Part shown: positions 38,604-42,066 of the stretch, one piece after another | Position numbering within the stretch: position 1 is the stretch's first letter | Layout: every line of letters begins with the position of its first letter | From: Candidatus Marsarchaeota archaeon | Lineage (GTDB): Archaea; Micrarchaeota; Micrarchaeia; Micrarchaeales; CABMGC01 | Assembly: GCA_023379055.1 (NCBI GenBank) | Contig: JAMCSX010000004.1 | Span: 1-42,066 of the forward strand | DNA: 42,066 nt | Reading direction: 5' to 3' | The notes under the pieces: model-generated | What the model was told of the DNA's origin: nothing | Databases searched by the model: none | Seen by the model: the letters and a program-made list of their open reading frames with translations, nothing else | Translations under genes and position numbers: made by a program

Positions 38604-39425
38604 TCAGTGCAGGAGGGATTTTATCCTGCGTATTTCATCAGACTCGCTTATCTCAGTGCTTACTGGGGTTTCAAGTATAAGTATCTTTGACCGAATCCCC
38701 TTATAACTAAGAAATCTGCCAAATCCTTCTGTGCCAATATGTCCATATCCTATATTGGCATGTCTGTCCTTATGCGAACCAAGTCCAAATTTCGCATCGT
38801 TTATGTGTATTGCATGTACATTATCCAAGTTAATCTCGTCAAATATCCTGTCAAGTTCTTCATGATCTGCTATGTCGTATCCTGCTGCGTACAAGTGGCA
38901 TGTGTCCAGGCAGAATCCAAGTCTGCCCTCCCCTACTGTATCATATACTTCCGCCATGTCGTTTACAGTATCGCCCACACTGTTTCTATGTCCTGCCTCA
39001 TTCTCAAGAAGTATATACGTTCCGGATTTGCCCTCCAGCGCCTCTTCTACAGCACTGACTATGTTACCTATTGCAATCTTCTTCCCGTTGCCCATATGGC
39101 TCCCCATATGTACTACTAGATATCCTATTCCAAGATTGCTGCATCTGGAGATGTTATCCGCAAGCGACTTCACCGACTTTGCGAATATGTTACTCTTCGA
39201 CGAAGAGATATTCGGGAGATATGGCATGTGAGCCACTGTCACTATTCCTGTGGACTTCATTTCAGATCTAAATTCCGATGCTGACTGCTCATCAAGCGGT
39301 CCAAGCTGCCATGCTCTCGGATTTGTGACGAAGATCTGCATTGCAGTGCACTGCAATGCAACTGACATGTCAAGGGCATTTTTTAGTCCGCCTGCAATTG
39401 ATACGTGCCTGCCCAGAAGGACCAT
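38604..39425 (-). CDS. nfo: endonuclease IV
   Basis: G.HVSIAGG, QIF..NPR.W, H.PY..N, LENEAG, CLDTCH..AAGY, H.ND.K....S..DRH, ILETP. Confidence 0.96.
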   Translation of the reverse strand: MVLLGRHVSIAGGLKNALDMSVALQCTAMQIFVTNPRAWQLGPLDEQSASEFRSEMKSTGIVTVAHMPYLPNISSSKSNIFAKSVKSLADNISRCSNLGIGYLVVHMGSHMGNGKKIAIGNIVSAVEEALEGKSGTYILLENEAGHRNSVGDTVNDMAEVYDTVGEGRLGFCLDTCHLYAAGYDIADHEELDRIFDEINLDNVHAIHINDAKFGLGSHKDRHANIGYGHIGTEGFGRFLSYKGIRSKILILETPVSTEISESDEIRRIKSLLH

Positions 39426-39501
39426 AAAGCCATCCGTTTGTACTGTTTAGTGTGGCCACATCACAATATTAAATCTTATTGTTTCCTAGTAATAAGATTC
39501 A

Positions 39502-40389
39502 ATGATAATTGTTGGAGTAAATGGCGGTGGCACAAAGACAGAAGCCATATGCTGCAATGAAAATGGGGAGATTACTGGCAGGTCAAGGGCTGGCCCATCA
39601 AACTATCACAACCTTGGCCTAGAAGCGGCCATGGGCAATGTAAAGGCAGCAGTATCTAGTGCCACCAGTGGAAAGCCAGACATAATATGCGTTGCGCTAG
39701 CAGCAATGGATGCAAAGAAGGACCTTGAGGCTGTCCGTATCAGACTCTTAAAGGAATACGATAATCTCATACTTGAGCATGATGCATTTGCAGAGCTGTA
39801 TGCCGAGGAGCGCGGCAAGCCAGGCATAATAGTAATAGCCGGTACAGGGAGCGTCGTATTGGGATTTGATGGAAAGGAGAGATATAGGAGATGCGATAGC
39901 GGGTGGTTTCTCGGCGATGAAGGATCAGGATATTTCATAGGAAGACAGGGGCTTAAGGCAGCCGCAAAGTCGATATTTGAAGATAAAAAAGAGACTACGC
40001 TGTCAAAGGCAGTGGTAGAGAGCCTTGGCTTATCCGATCAGGAGGACATAATGGAGTGGTCATATTCTGGCAAGAATACTGTTGCAGGGGTGGCATCAGT
40101 AGCAAAGGCAGTATTTGCTGCAGCAGAGAGCGGCGATATCACTGCAAAAAACATAATATATGCTGCAAGCTCAAATGTCGCAAATGCGGCAAGCGACCTT
40201 GCAGGCAGGCTCAGCATAGGCAAAGTGCACATAAAAGGCGGACTTGTGAAATCCAGCATTTACTATTCAAACTTCTCTGGAATGTTAAAGGAAAAAGGGA
40301 TAAAATGTTTTAAGGCAAAAAGGCATGGCGCGGAAGGGGCATTGCTTATGGCTGCGGATAATATGGGGGTAAGGGTTAAGATACGCTAG
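39502..40389 (+). CDS. BadF/BadG-type N-acetylglucosamine/hexose kinase
   Basis: GVNGGGTKT, GPSN, HDA, IAGTGS, GW.LGDEGSG..IG. Confidence 0.88.
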   Translation: MIIVGVNGGGTKTEAICCNENGEITGRSRAGPSNYHNLGLEAAMGNVKAAVSSATSGKPDIICVALAAMDAKKDLEAVRIRLLKEYDNLILEHDAFAELYAEERGKPGIIVIAGTGSVVLGFDGKERYRRCDSGWFLGDEGSGYFIGRQGLKAAAKSIFEDKKETTLSKAVVESLGLSDQEDIMEWSYSGKNTVAGVASVAKAVFAAAESGDITAKNIIYAASSNVANAASDLAGRLSIGKVHIKGGLVKSSIYYSNFSGMLKEKGIKCFKAKRHGAEGALLMAADNMGVRVKIR

Positions 40390-40942
40390 TCTTGTACTCC
40401 TCAAATGAACTACGCAACAACCTAATCTCGGATTCATTAAGTGTGCCACTCTTCATGAACCTGCTGCTACCGAGTGCAAATTCAAGGACCTCTGCCCTGT
40501 CTTCAGTAGTCTTCAATGTATCAGAAATTATGAGCCTCATATCTCCAGCACCCTGATACCGTCCAGTATCCTCAGCCCATTTCTCAAGCACGTGGCTGAA
40601 CCTCATCAGCATAGATATGGCATTTACGGAGAGTACGAATTTCTTGAGGTCTTCTATTCCCTTCATCTTTGCGGGATCAGACTCCATTACCTCACCAAGG
40701 TATGGCCCATACCTTGCCATTATCTCACTTTCCTTCTCCATGAGGTTTCCTATTATATACATGTCCCTCTGTATCTCATCTGGCTTATCTGGAAGCAAGG
40801 ATACATATCCACTTACGTCTATTCTCCCAGCATTCATCTCGATGTGCAGTATGTCTATGGCTTCAAGTACAAGTTCGTCCTTGAGCCTTGTCAGTATGTC
40901 CTCAACCAGCATCCATGCCGGCGCGCTCCACGCAGCCTCCAT
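40376..40942 (-). CDS. hypothetical protein
   Basis: 188-aa ORF with an upstream TATA-like ATATATAC. Confidence 0.7.
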   Translation of the reverse strand: MEAAWSAPAWMLVEDILTRLKDELVLEAIDILHIEMNAGRIDVSGYVSLLPDKPDEIQRDMYIIGNLMEKESEIMARYGPYLGEVMESDPAKMKGIEDLKKFVLSVNAISMLMRFSHVLEKWAEDTGRYQGAGDMRLIISDTLKTTEDRAEVLEFALGSSRFMKSGTLNESEIRLLRSSFEEYKTSVS

Positions 40943-41013
40943 CAAAAGAGAATCTATCAGAAAAGTATATATATCTCCGATACTGGCATGGCTTCATATC
41001 AGTAGGCAAGCTC

Positions 41014-41487
41014 TCAAAATGCAAGGGCGTGCTGCAAACGGACTTGAAGAACTGAGAACCGATAAAACACATCCTTTGCGGATGCAGTGATTGCATAATG
41101 CAGAGGAAGCCCACGCCGTTTACAGGTGGGGGACGTCACGTCATCCATAAGGTGATTAGACTTCGCATGCGGCGGAGTGCTGATGGGAAAGAAGGGAGGG
41201 CACTGGCCCGCCCCCTCTAATGTGTTCTGCATTGCAATGCTGCTGTCGGATATGTTCAGCTCGAGTACATACCAGTGCCTCTTTATGTACCCGATCTTGT
41301 TCATTTCGCTGACAGTCTTCATATCCTCTGCCACAGTACTCACGGCCTTGCATAGCTGCGATACTGCGTCGTCTGCGGCGTCTATGTCGAACTCCCCTGG
41401 CAAACCACTTTCGATTACGCTCCAGATAGCCCTTCTCAACACCGCCATACGCCTCCTGTCTCCCACATATTTTATGCTAGCTCCCAT
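41014..41487 (-). CDS. hypothetical protein, 3' end overlapped by an IS200/IS605 remnant
   Basis: RBS AGGTGAG before ATG; sequence after ..HLMDD runs through the element remnant. Confidence 0.55.
   Translation of the reverse strand: MGASIKYVGDRRRMAVLRRAIWSVIESGLPGEFDIDAADDAVSQLCKAVSTVAEDMKTVSEMNKIGYIKRHWYVLELNISDSSIAMQNTLEGAGQCPPFFPISTPPHAKSNHLMDDVTSPTCKRRGLPLHYAITASAKDVFYRFSVLQVRLQHALAF
41046..41139 (+). mobile_element. orphan IS200/IS605-IS607 right end / partial TnpB omega-RNA scaffold (no tnpB)
   Basis: GAAGAACTGAGAAC..., GCAGAGGAAGCCCACGCC-GTTTACA-GGTGGGGGACGTCAC resembles typical archaeal tnpB 3' ends (GAAGCCCAC hairpin, terminal GTCAC). Confidence 0.65.
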
Positions 41488-41669
41488 TAACTCACCTAGA
41501 ATAAGTCTGCCTATTTATATAGCGCAGGCAAACGCTTTTGCTCACTGATTTTACTCAGGTAAAGTATATATACCTTACTACAAGATTATATAGTCAAAGA
41601 AACATTTATATAATAAAAGTGCGTAATCATAGTGTCGGCGGAGTGCTGGCATCACCTAGAAAACAGTCT

Positions 41670-41688
41670 GGGGCGGCATTGCCGCCCC
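41670..41688 (-). terminator. GC-rich inverted repeat downstream of the EamA gene
   Basis: GGGGCGGCA-T-TGCCGCCCC perfect 9-bp arms, 36 nt past the stop codon. Confidence 0.35.
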
Positions 41689-41724
41689 TTATACTAAAAT
41701 ATACTCCAAACAAGTGGCTGTATC

Positions 41725-42066
41725 TCATCCGATGCTTATTGCAACTGCCCCTGCAACTGCAAGCACCAATCCAATCTTCTGCAATTGCGTTATCCTATCC
41801 TTGTAGAACAGCCTTCCAAAAAATGCAACTACTACGGGGCTTGCTGCCAGTATCGCACTTCCTATGGCTATCAGCCCCACACCAACAACGAATCCAAATG
41901 ATATATTCATAAGGCTGTCAAGCACACCGCTTATGATAAGCATTATGATCACAATATTCTTTCCCCTACTCAGATCATGGGTGCTGCTTCCCTCAACGCT
42001 TCCTGTTGCAAGCACATACACAAGCATGAGCACGAAACCGAATGGAGAAGGAAAGTGAGATAATGG
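41725..42066 (-). CDS. EamA/DMT-family transporter (partial, 5' end outside the window)
   Basis: SAI.AASPVV...G..F.K.RI..LQ.IG..LA..G DMT C-terminal signature. Confidence 0.85.
   Translation of the reverse strand, partial: PLSHFPSPFGFVLMLVYVLATGSVEGSSTHDLSRGKNIVIIMLIISGVLDSLMNISFGFVVGVGLIAIGSAILAASPVVVAFFGRLFYKDRITQLQKIGLVLAVAGAVAISIG

Noticed and set aside
41490-41670. Imperfect repeat TCACCTAGAA..AGTCTG and plus-strand ORF 41538-41912
   Set aside because: Repeat largely reflects RBS-like sequence on the minus strand; the ORF is a shadow of EamA and promoter DNA

Overview
Archaeal chromosomal window, most consistent with an acidophilic Micrarchaeota (DPANN/ARMAN-like) genome. This placement is inferred from the archaeal Spt5/L11/Trm5/ProRS, GGTG(A)-type RBS with many TTG/GTG starts, and a stand-alone 5S rRNA. 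The window opens with stacked IS remnants: a probable IS5-type 3' end and a stop-inactivated IS110/IS1111 element whose downstream non-coding region contains an apparent bridge-RNA target guide matching its own left flank. Housekeeping genes follow (CDC48-like ATPase, ferredoxin, trm5, spt5, rpl11, HhH glycosylase, polyprenyl synthase, 5S rRNA). The main candidate for an undescribed system is a 9-gene, tightly coupled cluster at 9.0-16.0 kb. It encodes a VirB2/TrbC-like pilin, a CedA/VirB6-like membrane protein, a split VirB4-like ATPase, small membrane proteins and a second HerA/VirB4/VirD4-like ATPase, with no relaxase or integrase, and so resembles a domesticated Ced/Ted-like DNA-transfer machine. 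Also present: a TPR-AAA ATPase, MFS transporters, tRNA-Trp with a box C/D intron, ProDH-HAD-proS, a His-bearing polytopic membrane protein next to heme O synthase, TreT-like GT4/NhaP, gnd plus a Gfo/Idh/MocA oxidoreductase, a HerA-wHTH-nuclease fusion, nfo, a GlcNAc kinase-like gene and an orphan TnpB omega-RNA/right-end remnant. All family calls are by motif recognition; no database searches were run.
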